Notes: generated from the letters alone by a model not told the origin. 64,000 nucleotides of DNA from the human T2T-CHM13v2.0 reference genome, Homo sapiens (GCF_009914755.1 NC_060928.1), one strand, 5' to 3'. Shown: positions 47,089-61,206, counted from the first letter of the stretch. A program made the numbers and translations.

Positions 47089-47689
47089 GACAAGTTGCTT
47101 CCCGGGGGAGACTGTTTCTCAACTGCAAATAATAATGATTATAACAACAGCTGTCATTTAGCATCCCTATGATGTGTCAGGCGCTATCTATTAATAGGTA
47201 CCTTTACCTATATTTTTTCATTAAACCCTCACCCTGAACTGTGCAAGGTAAGTATTAATATCCCCACTTTGGAAGTGAAGAAACAAGCTTTATGACTTTA
47301 AGTAACATGCTCAGGGAAACACAGTAGGACCAAAATTCATGGTGTGATACTGTCATGAGGAAGATGCTATCTGATCTGCCTGCCTTCCTAAACTGTTGTG
47401 AAGCTAAAATGAGACTGTGTTTGTAAAAACATTTTACTAAAATGGAAAAGCACCATAAATTTGAAATGTACATCCATTTGGAAGTGACAGGTAATGAGCA
47501 CAACATTTCAGTGCTACAGTTAATTCAGTCAGCCCAAATCAAATACCTAGACTCCAACAAAGGAAAAGCCCTAGATTTTCAGATTATTACAATGAGTCTA
47601 TTTCTGCAATGTTAATGAAGCAGCTCTCCATCTTCAGCAAAATTTCCACTTTTATCACACTTCAATGGGGTAAGCAATAGAAATCCAAG

Positions 47690-49805
47690 AAGGATATGGA
47701 ATCCCAAAAGATCCAAAATAGCCAAAGCAACTTTGAGCAAATAACAAAGCTGCCAGCATCACACTTTTTGACAATTCCTTACAAAGCTATAGTAATCAAA
47801 ACAATATAGTTCTGGCATAAAAAACACACATATAGACCAATGCAATAGAATAGAGAACCCAGAAATAAACAGATGCATTTACAGTCAACTGATCTTCAAC
47901 ATGCATTCCAAGGACGCAAAACAGGGAAATTATTGTTTCTTCCAAAAAAAAATGAAATTGAACCCCTTCTCACACCACACACAAAAACCAACTCAAAATG
48001 AATTAAAGACTTAACCATAAAACTTGAAACTATAAGCTGAAAAATTAGAGAAAAACCTTCTTGATGTTGGTCTTAGCGTCTTAGCAATAGTATTTTGAAT
48101 ATGCACCAAAAGCACAGGCAACAAAAGCAAAAATAGACAAATGGGGAAAGCTTCAGCACTGCAAATGAAACAATTAGCAAAATGAAAATGCAACCCATAG
48201 GATGGGAAAAATATTTGCAAACCACATATCTGATAAAATATTAATATTCAATACATACAAGTAACTCATACAACTCAGTATCAAAAATACAAAAACCCAA
48301 TTTAAAAATGGGCAAAAGACCTAAATAGACACTTCTCTAAAAAAAAGGAAAAAATTCAGATGTTCCACAGGCATACAAAAAAGTGCTCAATGTCTCTAAC
48401 CATCAGCGAAATGCAAATCAAAGCCACAAGTTATCACCTCACACCTATCAGGATGTCTATTATCAAAAAGACAAAGAAAACAAGTGTTGGTAAAGATGTG
48501 GAGAAAAATAAACCTTTGTACACTGTTGGTGGGAATGTAAATTAGTACAGCCATTGTGAAAAACAGTATGAAGGTTCCTCAAAAACTCAAACATAGACTA
48601 CCATATGATCCAGCAATCTCACTCCTGGGTGTATATCCAAAGGAAATGAAATCGCTGTGTCAAAGAGATATCTGCACTCCCATGCTCACTGCAGCAGTAT
48701 TCACAACAGCCAAGATACAGAAATAATCTAAATGTCTTTTGATGGATGAATGGATAAAGAAAATGTAGTATACATACATTTGTATGTTTATTTAATTATA
48801 CAGTGGAATATCATTCAGCCTTAAAAAAGAAGAAAACCTGGCCATTTGTGACAACATGAATGGAGCTGGAGGATTCATGCTAAGTGAAATAAAAAAGGCA
48901 CAGAAAGAGAAGAGAAGAAAGAGGGGCTAGGGGACAAGGGGAAATGGCATGATGTTGGTCAAAGAGTACAAAGGTTGAGTCAGACAGAAGGAATAAGTTC
49001 TGGAGGTCTAATATACAACACAGGGACAATAGTTAAAAATACTGTAGTGCATACTTGAAATTTGCTAAAAGGAGAGATCTTAAATTTTCTTGACACACAC
49101 CCACACAAATGGTAACTAGATGGTAACTAGATGTGATAGAAATGTTAATTAGCTAGAGTGTGGTGATCATTTTACAATGTATATGTATATGAAAACATCA
49201 AGTTGTACACCATATATATAAATGATATATATGATATATATCATGATATAGCAAAATGATATGTATACATATATATCATATATAAATGTACACATATGTA
49301 TATGTATACATATATATCATATATAAATGTACACATATGTATATGTATACATATATATCATATATAAATGTACACATATGTATATGTATACATATATATC
49401 ATATATAAATGTACACATATGTATATGTATACATATATATCATATATAAATGTACACATATGTATATGTATACATATATATCATATATAAATGTACACAT
49501 ATGTATATGTATACATTTACATATATGCCACTCTGGTCTCCACTGTTTGTGCATTTCATAGCTTATCCCTTCATTCAACACTGTTCTAAAAACAAGAAAA
49601 GAAATCCTTGTCCTTATGGAGCTTACATTCTAGTTGGAGAGAGTAAATTAAAAAAAAAAAGTAAAAAAAATCATTTACATATCATTTATATATTATATAT
49701 ATCATTTATATATGATATATATGAAAAACTGATATATATATCATTTTATGTGTCCATGATAGCTCAATAAAGGTGTTAAAAATAAAAATAAATAATAAAT
49801 AAACC
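47690..49805 (+). mobile_element. L1MA-type 3' ~2 kb, tail interrupted by a minisatellite and an inverted duplication
   Basis: CCAAAATAGCCAAAGCAAC...GACTACCATATGATCCAGCAATCTCACTCCTGGG...GAAAACATCAAGTTGTACACC; tail resumes at ~49740 (ATTTTATGTGTCCATGATAGCTCAATAAAG). Confidence 0.85.
49261..49516. repeat. AT-rich 41-bp minisatellite, ~6.2 identical copies
   Basis: Unit ATGTATACATATATATCATATATAAATGTACACATATGTAT starts at 49261, 49302, 49343, 49384, 49425 and 49466, with a partial copy at 49507. Confidence 0.95.
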
Positions 49806-52800
49806 CAAAAATGATAAGGAAGGTAGATTCTATGGCTACCCAGAAAGAAGGTGGTAGGTACGTAGTAGAGTTCTTCAGCATAGGAACAGGAGCAGCACTG
49901 ACTGTATCACAAAATTAACCCTGCCACCAACACTCTCCTCTACATACATATATGGATGTTGGGTGTTTGGAGTATTTTTTACTTATTGTTTTTTTAACTT
50001 GCTCTCTCAACTAGAATGTAAGCTCCATAAGGACAAGGATTTCTTTTCCTGTTTTTAGAACAGTGTTGAATGGAGGGATAAGCCATGAAATGCGCAAGCA
50101 GTGGAGACCAGAGTGGCAGAAAGACCAGGAGGAAAGTCCAGAGCACAGATATCACAGTGAGATCCACAGCCAATACCAGGAGATTTAGAGTGATGCAAAG
50201 AAAAGGAGTGAAACTGAAATGCAGTGTCTAGGCCTCAGTGATGAACCAGTCCTAGCTGAAGCCAGGGTGGAGCCATGGAAGTGGAAGTGGGTTGCACTTC
50301 TCACAATCCACAGATGTTTGTACTGCTGTACCAGAGTACTATGTGAAACACCTTACTGAGAAGACAAGTCAGTGTAGTGCATTAAAATGGACACCATATG
50401 CTCAAAGATAGCTTCTACTGAGACATGGCTTAGAAATTAGAGAATATGAATTTGGACACACTACAGAGATGGCCCCTGGAGGTTGAGTTTTTCCATCTGT
50501 GAGTCTGTGAATAATCACTGAACCATAACGGCAGGTTCACATCAAGAACGAAACAGCCTTGGAAACAATGGCACAAACCTCTCCTCTATGACCCAGAGCC
50601 ATGACACTTTTCCAAGCTCTTGTAGGGTGACCGGAGTCATCAGCATAAGAGGTCTACCAGAAAGGTCCCCTCATTCAATCTGACCTTTCCACACACCAGA
50701 CCAAGAAACTCTCTCATCCTCTTCTCCAAACTTCTATCATGTCATCCTCCCTCCCAGTCCCTCTGAATAAGAGATACTGCAGAGGAAATGAGTAACAAAA
50801 TGAACAGAGCACTTCATCAAGATCAAGCACATGGCTCAGTCCTACAAGGTGTCCTATACCTTGTGACAGGACACAAACAAAAAGCAAATGAAAATGACCT
50901 TTGGCTTATTACACTTGCAATGCAGCACAAAGCACTGCTCTTTGAGCTTTCTTGCTCTGTCTAGAAAGATAACTTTCCGTATTTTTTTTTGCCATCCAGG
51001 GCATCTGCCATGAAAATACTACAAAATATAGTTTGTCACTGGCTTTATAAAAACTCTGGGATAGGAACAATTAAAGCTATCTATGCTGCTGGGGACATTC
51101 CATTTTACATCAACAAATGTTACATCATCTGTAACCATTCCAATTTCCACTTAAGAACGTCTAATTATTCATATTGCTAGGGGGTGAATTCTGGCTTGCT
51201 TGCTGATGGTTCCATTACCTCTTCCCCATCCACCTTCACAGAAAAAGACAGAACGTAGGCTTTTGCAGAGGTGAGGGTGGGGGATGGCGGTAGGGGGGCG
51301 GGGGTGGGTAGATAACCATATACAAACTGCAAGGTCAGCTTCCCAGTATTGCAAAACTGGGTGCTATTTTCCATAGTTCCAAATGGCTTCTTCAAAACCA
51401 CAGAAAATAAACCTATTTCATTTTTACACACATCACTGTTTCCCTGCAGGTTGTAGAAATGTATTTTCAGTTGGTCAGCAATTTTTCCAAGTGACTGCAA
51501 AGTTTTCCTTATTGTCCTACCACCAGGGCACCTCAGACTTAGACAGGGGGAAGGAGGAAGAAATGCTGGAGAGTGTGGAAAGTGACAGGAAAGTAAGGAG
51601 ATGAAGCCTAGTCTGCGGATCCCATAGGTGGCCACTGAAGTCAGGGGGGGTGCACCTGCCATGCGCCCAAAGGTTACAGAGAGGCAGCTACATTGGCTGA
51701 AGAATCAGACAGATCATAGAACTCACTTCCCAGGCTCCTGATGGCACTGGGCATAAATTAACATCTCATTCCCTGCAATCACTGTAGTGGCTGGAAGACA
51801 TGATTGATCTAACATTTGGCCTCCCTAGGAAGGATGTGTTAATTCTTTCTTCCAGCACTTTCCACTTCTTCATGAGCTCAGCTTTTCATCACCAAACAAA
51901 TACCTGGGATGGAGAGCTGGGACCATCAGGCAGCAGGCAACCTGCAGGGGTGGTTTCTCCACCTTCTGTCCGTACAGCAACACTTAACTGAAAAGGCAAG
52001 GTTAGTGATCTGGTAGGCAGTGGACTCAACAGCATCAGGAACCCCAGCAGGTCCAGTTTCAAATTATTAACCTTCCTCACCCTTGAGGAATTTGTTAGTA
52101 TTTTTCTATGCAAAATAGTACATGCCTGAGCAAAGTGTCCTTACTTTGCAGGCAGGGCTAAACTTAAATTATTTTGGCTTATTCCCCTTGAAGTCACTAA
52201 TTAGCATTTGGTTTGTTTCTTTTCATAACATCATTCTTTAATCAACAAACATTTCCAAGAGCTTTTCTGTTATCAGATCTGATTTGCTGGCTTGTCCAAG
52301 AGTGATTCCACTAAGGTGTTTGATAGAGAAGGGAGGGGGCTTCCTGCAGGGCAGAGAAGGCTTTTCTAGGAGCCCACCACAGAGGGTACCTTTTCACACT
52401 TTGCACAAGGACTTTATGTGGATGAGCTGCAGCCTGAGTAATACCATCATGTCACTGCAGTAAAGCCTACACCATGGTTTCTCAGAGGTTACAGGAAGGC
52501 TTTGTAGTCGGTGCAAAGTAAACCCTCAATACATTTTAGCTAGCAATTGAGAGAGTACTGTATGTGTGAAATGCAAACTGGTTTCCTTTTTTGGAAGAGA
52601 GGAGGAGAGGAAGTAATTGAAGTAATTCTTGCTGTGTTTTTGGCTTATCAAAAAAGGTGGATCACTTTGTGAGAGACTGAAGGAGTTAGAAGCAAAAGTG
52701 ATGTTTTTCCCTCATCTAATGAGGACTGAGACTTGGGGAGAAAATGACATGAGAGGTACTGAAGAAATTGTTTTTGTAAACTGAGGTTTACAATACTAAA

Positions 52801-54231
52801 TGCATATTCTATGGGGTTAGCTAGAATATGCTCTTCCACGTAGCAAATATAAAAATCAAGTCCCTGCTATGTTCCAGGCACTGAAGGAATGCATTTCATA
52901 AAGACTGTGAAGAATAGGCTTGCCTGGAGCCACCACTTAAGACAGTCATGTCCAAAACAAGCAGGCAGAGCAATGGTGTCTGGGAAAGAGTGAATTAGAT
53001 TAAGAAACTGGAGGTAGGAGCACTCAGAGGGTGGAGACAAGGAGCAGTGACAACTGTGTTCAACAGTGTGAAGAGCTGTTCTAAGAGATTCGATTAGTTT
53101 TGTATGGCCCTTAAGGATAGGACCCATGGGTGAAAGTGTTGAGGAGGGAGAGTTTGAGTCTGAATGGAAATAAGAACCTTCAAACTACTATTAACTGAAG
53201 CTTTGAGTGCTAATGACTTTTTCATCACAGGAGGTGACCAAGCAAGAGTTGAACAGATACTTGTCCTGGATGTTAAAGTGGAAATTCAAGCAACACAACA
53301 GAAGGTGAATAAATTTAAGGTCCTTTATGATCTTTATATTCCATGAGATTCTGAAAGAAGGAATCCTTGTGCTTCTCATGTCAGTTCTAGGGACAACTCT
53401 TTCTCCGTCTTCTATAAAACTCATTTAATTTTAATAATGTATGTGTTATTAATCATATAATTTGTTTTATCTCCTAACATTTTTGCTGTTATTTATATTT
53501 TATGACCTAACATTTATGCTATGCCCTAACATTTTTGAAGTGTTTGATTCACTTCTGTTTATCTTATTTTATAAATAAGAAATTTGAGAACATTTGAGTT
53601 AAACAACAATCAAGGCAGGGTTTATACTATACTAATAATGCTTTGTTTCTCAAGCTTTATGGTAAGTATAGATGACTATTCTGTCTATCTGTCTCTGTAT
53701 CTGTCTAATTGGAAGGCTTCAACTGAATTAAAAAGAAAGAAAAACGGCTAACATTAGAATGCCTAGACTCTGACTTTCTACTTTAGAGCACATAACTTAT
53801 ACGGTATCCATATGTAAGATTAATAATATATAACCTAAGTTAAAGAATTTTTCACTTGACTTCTAGATATTTGACTTCATTAAAAATGTCATAATTCCTA
53901 CTCAAATTGGCATCAGACTCATCAACATTTTTCAGTGCCCCTCTCTTGGCTTAGTGACTATGCCTACTTCCCCCTTCTCTTCCCCAAACCACCCAGGGTA
54001 TCACTAAATGAAAGCAAACAACTGTCCAATCTCAAATACAATCGAACATACCATCCTTCTTAAGTTGCCCTCTTTTTGTCTTTCTCTCCCTTTCACCATG
54101 ATTCACCTAAACCCCTTCAATGAATGCATACACCCACCCCACCGCCCCCACACACACCCCTCTGGAAAATTCATTGCCTGATTCCTAGAGGCTCTGAGCA
54201 CCGGCAAATTGCACAGCATCAGAAAATCCAT

Positions 54232-54256
54232 ACACACACACACACACACACACACC
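54232..54256. repeat. (CA)n microsatellite
   Basis: Directly visible. Confidence 0.9.
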
Positions 54257-55559
54257 AGTAGGCTGTGAAAAAGAATTTCCCCTGGAATTTGAAGAGATGA
54301 CCACCCAGAATCAGAATAACACTTATTTGAGACATTTAAAACACACCAGACAAAGCACTAGAGATTATAATGTACAGATCAATTCTCCCCTAGCAAAGAA
54401 ATGGACTATGTGATTTAATGTACCTTTCCCATTGTTAATTTCTATGATCTTGAGACTAATTTGAATGCAGATGGAATCCATTTGAATAATGGCTCAAGAA
54501 AAGAACTTGGTTGCTAATTCAATAGGTGCCAGGGTGTGAAAAATTATTGTCATGATTATAGTAACTGAAACTGAGCTTGTAAAAATATTTTTGCAGAATA
54601 TTAATCAGTTCTGTAGTGACTAAGGCCACACACACTTACATACAACACAGCAGGCTTTTATCATGAATTAATATTTTTCTTAAGCTAATTGTGCCAAGAT
54701 ACTGTTGGATTAGGATTGTCTTTGTACATCTCACTGTGATTTGTCATGGTTGTGTAAGAGATATGAGATAAATAAGAATATTTAAATATATAAATAAGAA
54801 TATCAGTTAGGATTGAAAGGTCACTGAGAGCTAGAACAAATACTGAGAACTATAATATTGAAGAACATGGCAGGGATGGGGGTGTGATAGGGAGACATCC
54901 TCCATATTTGCATTTTGGATTTCTTGTGCCTTCAAAGACACAGGTTTGCTTTTTTCAATAGTATCTGTACATCAAAGGTTCATCTTGCCCTTGTCTATCA
55001 GCTAAATTCCCTGACAGCTTGGGTAAAATGCTGTACCCCTATAGCATATGCCTCAATATTTGCACTTGCACTTACATTACGGTATATGTTACCTTAGTGA
55101 TAAAATGACAAATGATAAATACTTGCATATTCAATGGATAGAAATACTAAAAATGCAACACATCACAGTGATTTTATATTTTGTTGGTTCATTTGTTTTT
55201 TTTGGATAAAGAAAAAGTCAGAAAAGAATAAAGATGGACAAGAATGGTTCATCTCCTACTTTCCAAAAACCAATTTTAAAATGTAGTAATAACATCCACA
55301 CTTCATTGGGCATCTACTACATACTGTGTAGTTTATAAGCATTGTCTTAGATCCTCATAAAAACATGTATGCAGGCATTGTTATCTTCATTTTAGAGATG
55401 CAGAAACTGAGAATTAAAGAGGTTTATTACCTTGCCCAAAGAAGTCAGTGACATAGTAAACATACCATTTGTTTCATTTTTAATTTGGACACAATTTTCC
55501 TCTCAAATTATATTGCAATGCCAAGCTTAACTGGACAGACCTTAGAGAAAGAGTATCAC

Positions 55560-55864
55560 TTTTTTTTTTTTTTTTTTTTTTGAGACAGGGTCTCACTCTG
55601 TTACCTGGGCTGGAGTGCAGTGGTGCAGTCTTGGCTCACTGCAACCTCCACCTCCTGAGCTGAAGAGATCCTCCTACTTCAGCCCTCTCAGTAGCTGGGA
55701 CCACAGGTGCACACCACTACACCCAACTAATTTTTGAATTTTTTTGTAGAGATGGGGTTTCAGCATGTTGCCCAGGCTGGTCTTGAACTCCTGGGCTCAA
55801 GCAATCCACCCACCTCAGCCTCCCAAAGTGCTGAGATTACAGGTGTGAGCCACCATGACTGACC
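55560..55864 (-). mobile_element. Full-length AluJ
   Basis: T-run followed by GAGACAGGGTCTCACTCTG...GAACTCCTGGGCTCAAGCAATCCACCCACC (AluJ diagnostics). Confidence 0.92.
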
Positions 55865-58800
55865 GAGAATCATCATTTTGATCTTGCAGAACAGAAGACT
55901 GATAATGGTCTAATGTAAGTCTTCCAGAGACTAACTAGATTTTAACATATACGCTTATGGACTTAACTCAAAGGTGCAGGTAAGTACTGTAGGAGTTGCA
56001 GACAAAACAAAAGGCACATTAGGTGAGCAGGGGGGTTGCAGGGACATATCTGGGATTCTTGGTTTCTCATCCTAGAGAAGTTGTGAGAATTCGGTACTGT
56101 GTTTCCTTTCTTAGGCCTCACAGCTGGCAGCCCAGACTCTTCCTCACATAGAGTTTCTGTGTGAAAAACATCCCATTGGGTGAATTCTCTCTAATTACTT
56201 ATGACATATTGAGATCTGCAGCTTACTTCTTACTGGTGTTACCTACTTATACAATGACTATATGAGACTGAAGTGCAAGGACAGTCAGGATTTGGTCTCA
56301 CAGAGATCTGTTTTGAGACACAATCCTCAGAAATATTTTTTGTCTAAAGCAGATGCCACATGTACCAGGAAATAGTAATCAATTAATTGTTTCTCAAGTA
56401 CCTAAGACACATAAGACCCTGAGGAGAATACAGAGAAGCAGCAGGCCTGGTGTCTTCCCTTGAGAGCTTAAAATACAGTTGAGGATTTTAAAAGACAAAT
56501 AATAAGAGAGTAGGTGGCAGGTGATGGCTCTGGCCTGGTGCTAGGTCTCTGTAGGGCAGCCTGGATCTAGGCCAGGAATAAACCTACTATGAGGCAGAAG
56601 GGGTTACAGAAGCTGCCTCTGAAATAAGACCAAGTCTGTAAAGTACTAAACAGTCCCTGGCACACAGCAGGTACCAAATGAAAACTGTTCCTCTCTTCCC
56701 TCTTTGCCCTAATCACTTTAGGGAATAACATCAAGCTCTCCCTGTAGCTAACTCAGCTTCAACTTTCCTCCCCAGGCCTGATAAGATGACTTTTCTTTCT
56801 TCTTGAGTGCCAGTCCCCACTTGATAGCCCAGTTCTGGAACTCTGTCCTGTTCCCCATCTTGGTAACCTTCCCACATCCTGTTACCTTAACAACTGAATG
56901 CTTCATGTCTTGCTTTTGCTTGTCACTCTCCAAAGGACTAGCATTTCAGGCTCGTTAGTGGCTAAGAGCCTGCTCCAACAATGCCTATGAACTGTCCAAC
57001 TGCTGTGTTCCAGATATTGCCTGCTCTGCAATTTCTTATCACCTAGATCTGTCTGCTATTTAAGTTGCCCAATTAGACCACAAGGATCAATTCATTTAAG
57101 TGTACTGGCTGCCTAGAGCACTTTGTTAAAAAGAAGTCCAAGGCAATGTTAAGGTCCTAAAAAAAGAATGTCATCCTCAATTAGTGATGTCTTTCAATTG
57201 TGTACAAGGCTAGGGCTGGTGAGCACAAACGCTATATCCTTTCTATCCCTACATCATGGACGACTTTAAATTTCACTCCTTACTAGGTACCATGTTTACC
57301 GAGACACACTTACTGACTTCCCAGCACTCGCAACTGGATATGTCCTTCTGATCCTACCACCAAGATCCCAAATGAATGCAGATCCAAACGCAGGTATCCT
57401 CCCTGGCTTCGCCATCCTATCGTTGAAGAAATCACAGGCTTAGCACAATAAAAGTTATACAGTTCAGACTGGAGAGGTCAGTGAATTGGCAGTAAGGGAA
57501 TAGGACAATGAGGACAAGGAGAATTATGTTCAAAGATGTGGCAGCCAGAAAGTAAAAGCATAAGCAGTCTACCATGACTGACAGGAAGCCATTTATTCAA
57601 ATCTGCCTGTAAAATATTATACATCAAAATTTGAACTCACTTCTCTAGAACACAAGTATCAACAAAATTATTAGCTCGTTTCTAACTCCTCCAATGGAAC
57701 TCAATATAAAATTTTTACCATTGAGATCCTAATTAGAAATATAAATCTGCCATCTAACTTAAATAATATAAAAATGTAGACATATTTGCAACCAATTTTC
57801 AAGTGGTTGTTTTCCCATTGCATAACTTGCATAACTTGCATAAACTTGTTTTCCCATTGTCCTTGGCTAATTAAGAACCACAGTTTCCATGCATATTTTA
57901 TTTTGCAGGTTGGTTAGGAAGGTTAATTGCCTACTCCCCTTATTTGTCTTTTTCTCCTTAATGGAACAAGCATCAGTTTGTCTGAATTGAGATATAAAAT
58001 TACCAGAAAAAAAAAAACCCCACACTTAATGGTGGGCAGAGTTTCAAATTGCTATGGATTTTATTTGGTCTGCGTGTCATAAACAATATTTACCACACTG
58101 AATTTAAAAGAAATAAAATACAAATAAACCACATAGACGTTTCTAGGGATTTATTTTCTACATTTTTCTAGCATTCTTTTTAGTTCATTTTTTAGGGAAA
58201 CAAAGTTCACAGGCCAGAAAAGTGAGTATCTATCCCTTTAGAAAGTTCTAAGTTCTAACCCATCACAAGATGTATTTCTATCAAAGCAGACTGGCCTCAT
58301 TCATGTTCATTTCCAACAGTGTATTCTATTTCTGTTTGTAATCTTGTGCTGCAGAAAAAGGAACAGTATCATGCTGTCTCTGTAGTCTTGGAGATACTCT
58401 TTGGAGGAGAGGAGTAATGATGTCCTGTGATTAGAAAGAACATTCAAAATCTTAAATATCTTGGGACAAAGGATATTTCCTTCTAAACTCCTACTTTGTT
58501 ACAACATGGTGTTATATAACTGTTAAACTACAATCTAACTATAGTTACCAGAATTGGAAATTTACATTCCAGGGATAGTCAGCCACCATGTAATCACAGG
58601 CAACTACTACAAGCGCCTTCAGCTGTCCTTATCTCTGATCAACACCAGAGGCTTTGACAAGTGGCTTAATAAAGGCTAAAAAGGGTTTTCATGGGTGCAA
58701 TTAGTGGCTTGCAATTAGCATAACACATGCTAGAAATGGGTTACCATAGATGAAATTAGAGGGGTTCAAAACAGGTGGATTGGGACACTCCCCTACATAT

Positions 58801-60175
58801 ATTAATACATGAAAACAGTATCAAAATATAATGAGGCTTATAATTGCAGCTTAATCGCTAAACATCCTGTGCCCAGCCAGTGGGTCAGCAGATTTTTGGT
58901 TTCCCAATAGTTCACTGATTCCTGACACTGAAATAGGGCTGCATTGCCTCAAGTGAACCTTACCTGCAAGATGTTTTGGGAGACCAAAAAGGACAGAACT
59001 GTGGCTTCATCCACCTGCAGAACAAGTGTTATAACTGTGCTTGCTAATAAGCATCTGCATGAGTGGAAAAATTTAATCTAAGACTTGCTTTCATTACAAC
59101 CTGGTGCCAAGCAGGTGAGGAGTGGGTAGCCAATCATTATACCCTGTAATTATTAGGGGGCTACTAAGATCTACCCAAAAGCATATCCAAGTAAGTTTGT
59201 TTGGGCCTGTTTACAAAAGGCACCCACCCTCTGAATACACCTGAACACAGATTCTTGTTGCCAGATATTTCTATAATCTCTATTCCGTAAAATCCATCCC
59301 TACATTAATGGGATTAATTTAAATAATAAAACTGATACTGAAATAAAAAGATATAAATGAGATGGAACCCCTGAAGGACAAAACAGACTGCATGGTTGAA
59401 CAATCATACTAAGCTATAATTTCACCTTCTATATCATCACTACATCTACAACCACACTGCATTAGAGAAAATCCTAGAATTATATGTGTCCTATGTGAAA
59501 AGGAAAAATCAAATTGTTACCAGAACCAAAAGTGAGCTGGGTCTGCCCAGTGGGTACAGGTAGGGGGTGTGTGCACATGGGCATATTTCATATCAGTGAG
59601 GACCAACGCTCTGCATGGCCCTTCCCCCTTTAAAGGCAAGTGGAGAAGGGTGGAAAAGGTCAGGATTTTTCAGAACACTTTTAATGGGATTTTAGTTTGC
59701 AGAGACTGATGCCTGGAGCTGACTTTGGCAGCAGTTGAATAGAGAAAACCAGACAATGAAATAGAACTTTCTGGGGTCAGAAAAGAGAAACATAAAACAA
59801 AGGAAATGAAAGAAAACTAGAGTTTAGGTTGAAGGAAATTGCGATGAGGCTTTTTGTAAATAATACCAAAAATTAAATTTTAATTTCAAGTTACTAATGT
59901 TGTTGGAGAATGTAAGCCCCTTTGACTCGCTATAAAGTCTGATCCAGACACAAAGATCTTAGGTGACTGGTTTTGGTGCTTCTTTGGCATGAGGTGAAGC
60001 AGGGGAGGTGGGTGGCAGTAGACGTGTGGAGCTACCAAGAAAAGGCTATTTTTTTTCTGTTTGTATTAACTGTGCAATGCTCGAATAGCACATGTGAAAT
60101 AGTGAGATAATTTATAAACAGTACTAGATGTGACGGGAAGCAACTTCCTTCAGGGCACACGTGAATTACATATAT

Positions 60176-60256
60176 TTAGGTTGGTGCAAAAATGATTGCA
60201 TTTAATTGTCATTAAAAGTAATGGCAAAAACTGCAATCATTTTTGCACCAACCTAA
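60176..60256. mobile_element. MADE1 (Hsmar1-derived mariner MITE), ~80-bp palindrome
   Basis: TTAGGTTGGTGCAAAA ... TTTTGCACCAACCTAA terminal inverted repeats. Confidence 0.93.
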
Positions 60257-61206
60257 CAGATACCATTGTGGGTGCATTGAGTTTAAGTGTTAAAAAAAAT
60301 AGTAATTACAGTTATAATTTCCTTGGTAACAGAATCTTATACCTAAATTGGAGTCAAGGCTCCCTTAAAAAAGATCATTCATTGCCACGTACTTAAGTCT
60401 CTACCCAAAAAACAAAATTCCAACACCAAGAAGCCTAAGGAGAGGTTACTGAGGGGGCATATTCCCTTTACCTGGGGTTCATAGCTCAAATCATGGAGAC
60501 ACCAGCACTTATGAGATGCTGAGCTCAAGCCACTTCCTGGGGCTCACGGGCAGAGCAGCAGACATGTAGAGGCACTCCTAGGAAATCCAAGTGGAAGTGG
60601 TCCAGGAAGCTGCTCCAGCTAAGTAATATGCGACTCACAGCCAGGAGCCTGGGTTCCCAGTCCCTGATGGCAGACCCTACCCATCATCCCTCATCTGTCC
60701 ACAGGTGCTCCCCACCCTCCATTTTCTACCAGAACACTCACTCTCGACACTCTCGAGATGGTTTTTACTTACTCTAAGTGATATTCCCAAAAATGGACAC
60801 AATCTTAGCCCCCAAATGATGACCACGTATAACCATTATCTTAAGTAATTTACAAAGATGAACTTACATATAAAGATATAAAACATAGATGAATTATAGA
60901 GTAATACAATTTTCTACTTTATAATTTTCACACTCAGTGACCTCATATTGATAAACAATATGTCCACCAAACTTCTGAACTGGAGGTGAAACCACTACCA
61001 GGGCTGAAGGTGATTGCAAAATGTTTACCAGCATGGACTCTGAAGCCAGTTTGTTTGTGTGCACATCCTGGCTGTCCCACTTACCAGCTGTGTCACTTGG
61101 ATAAGTTAATGCTCTCAATGCTTCAGCTTTCTCATCTTTGAAATGTGGTAGTTACAGTATCTAAATCGTAGAACTGCGTTGAGAGTTAGCACATGTAAAC
61201 GTCTAG

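Noticed and set aside
49261-49516. Regular 41-bp array as CRISPR-like
   Set aside because: Head-to-tail identical units, no spacers, no cas genes, mammalian context: a minisatellite.
51618-51636. Possible CTCF site CCCATAGGTGGCC
   Set aside because: Mismatches at informative 5' core positions; too weak without ChIP data.
51177-51662. 161-aa ORF, the longest non-L1 ORF
   Set aside because: No recognisable domain and a composition typical of random genomic translation; an ORF this long can occur by chance. A tblastn or PhyloCSF signal would be needed.
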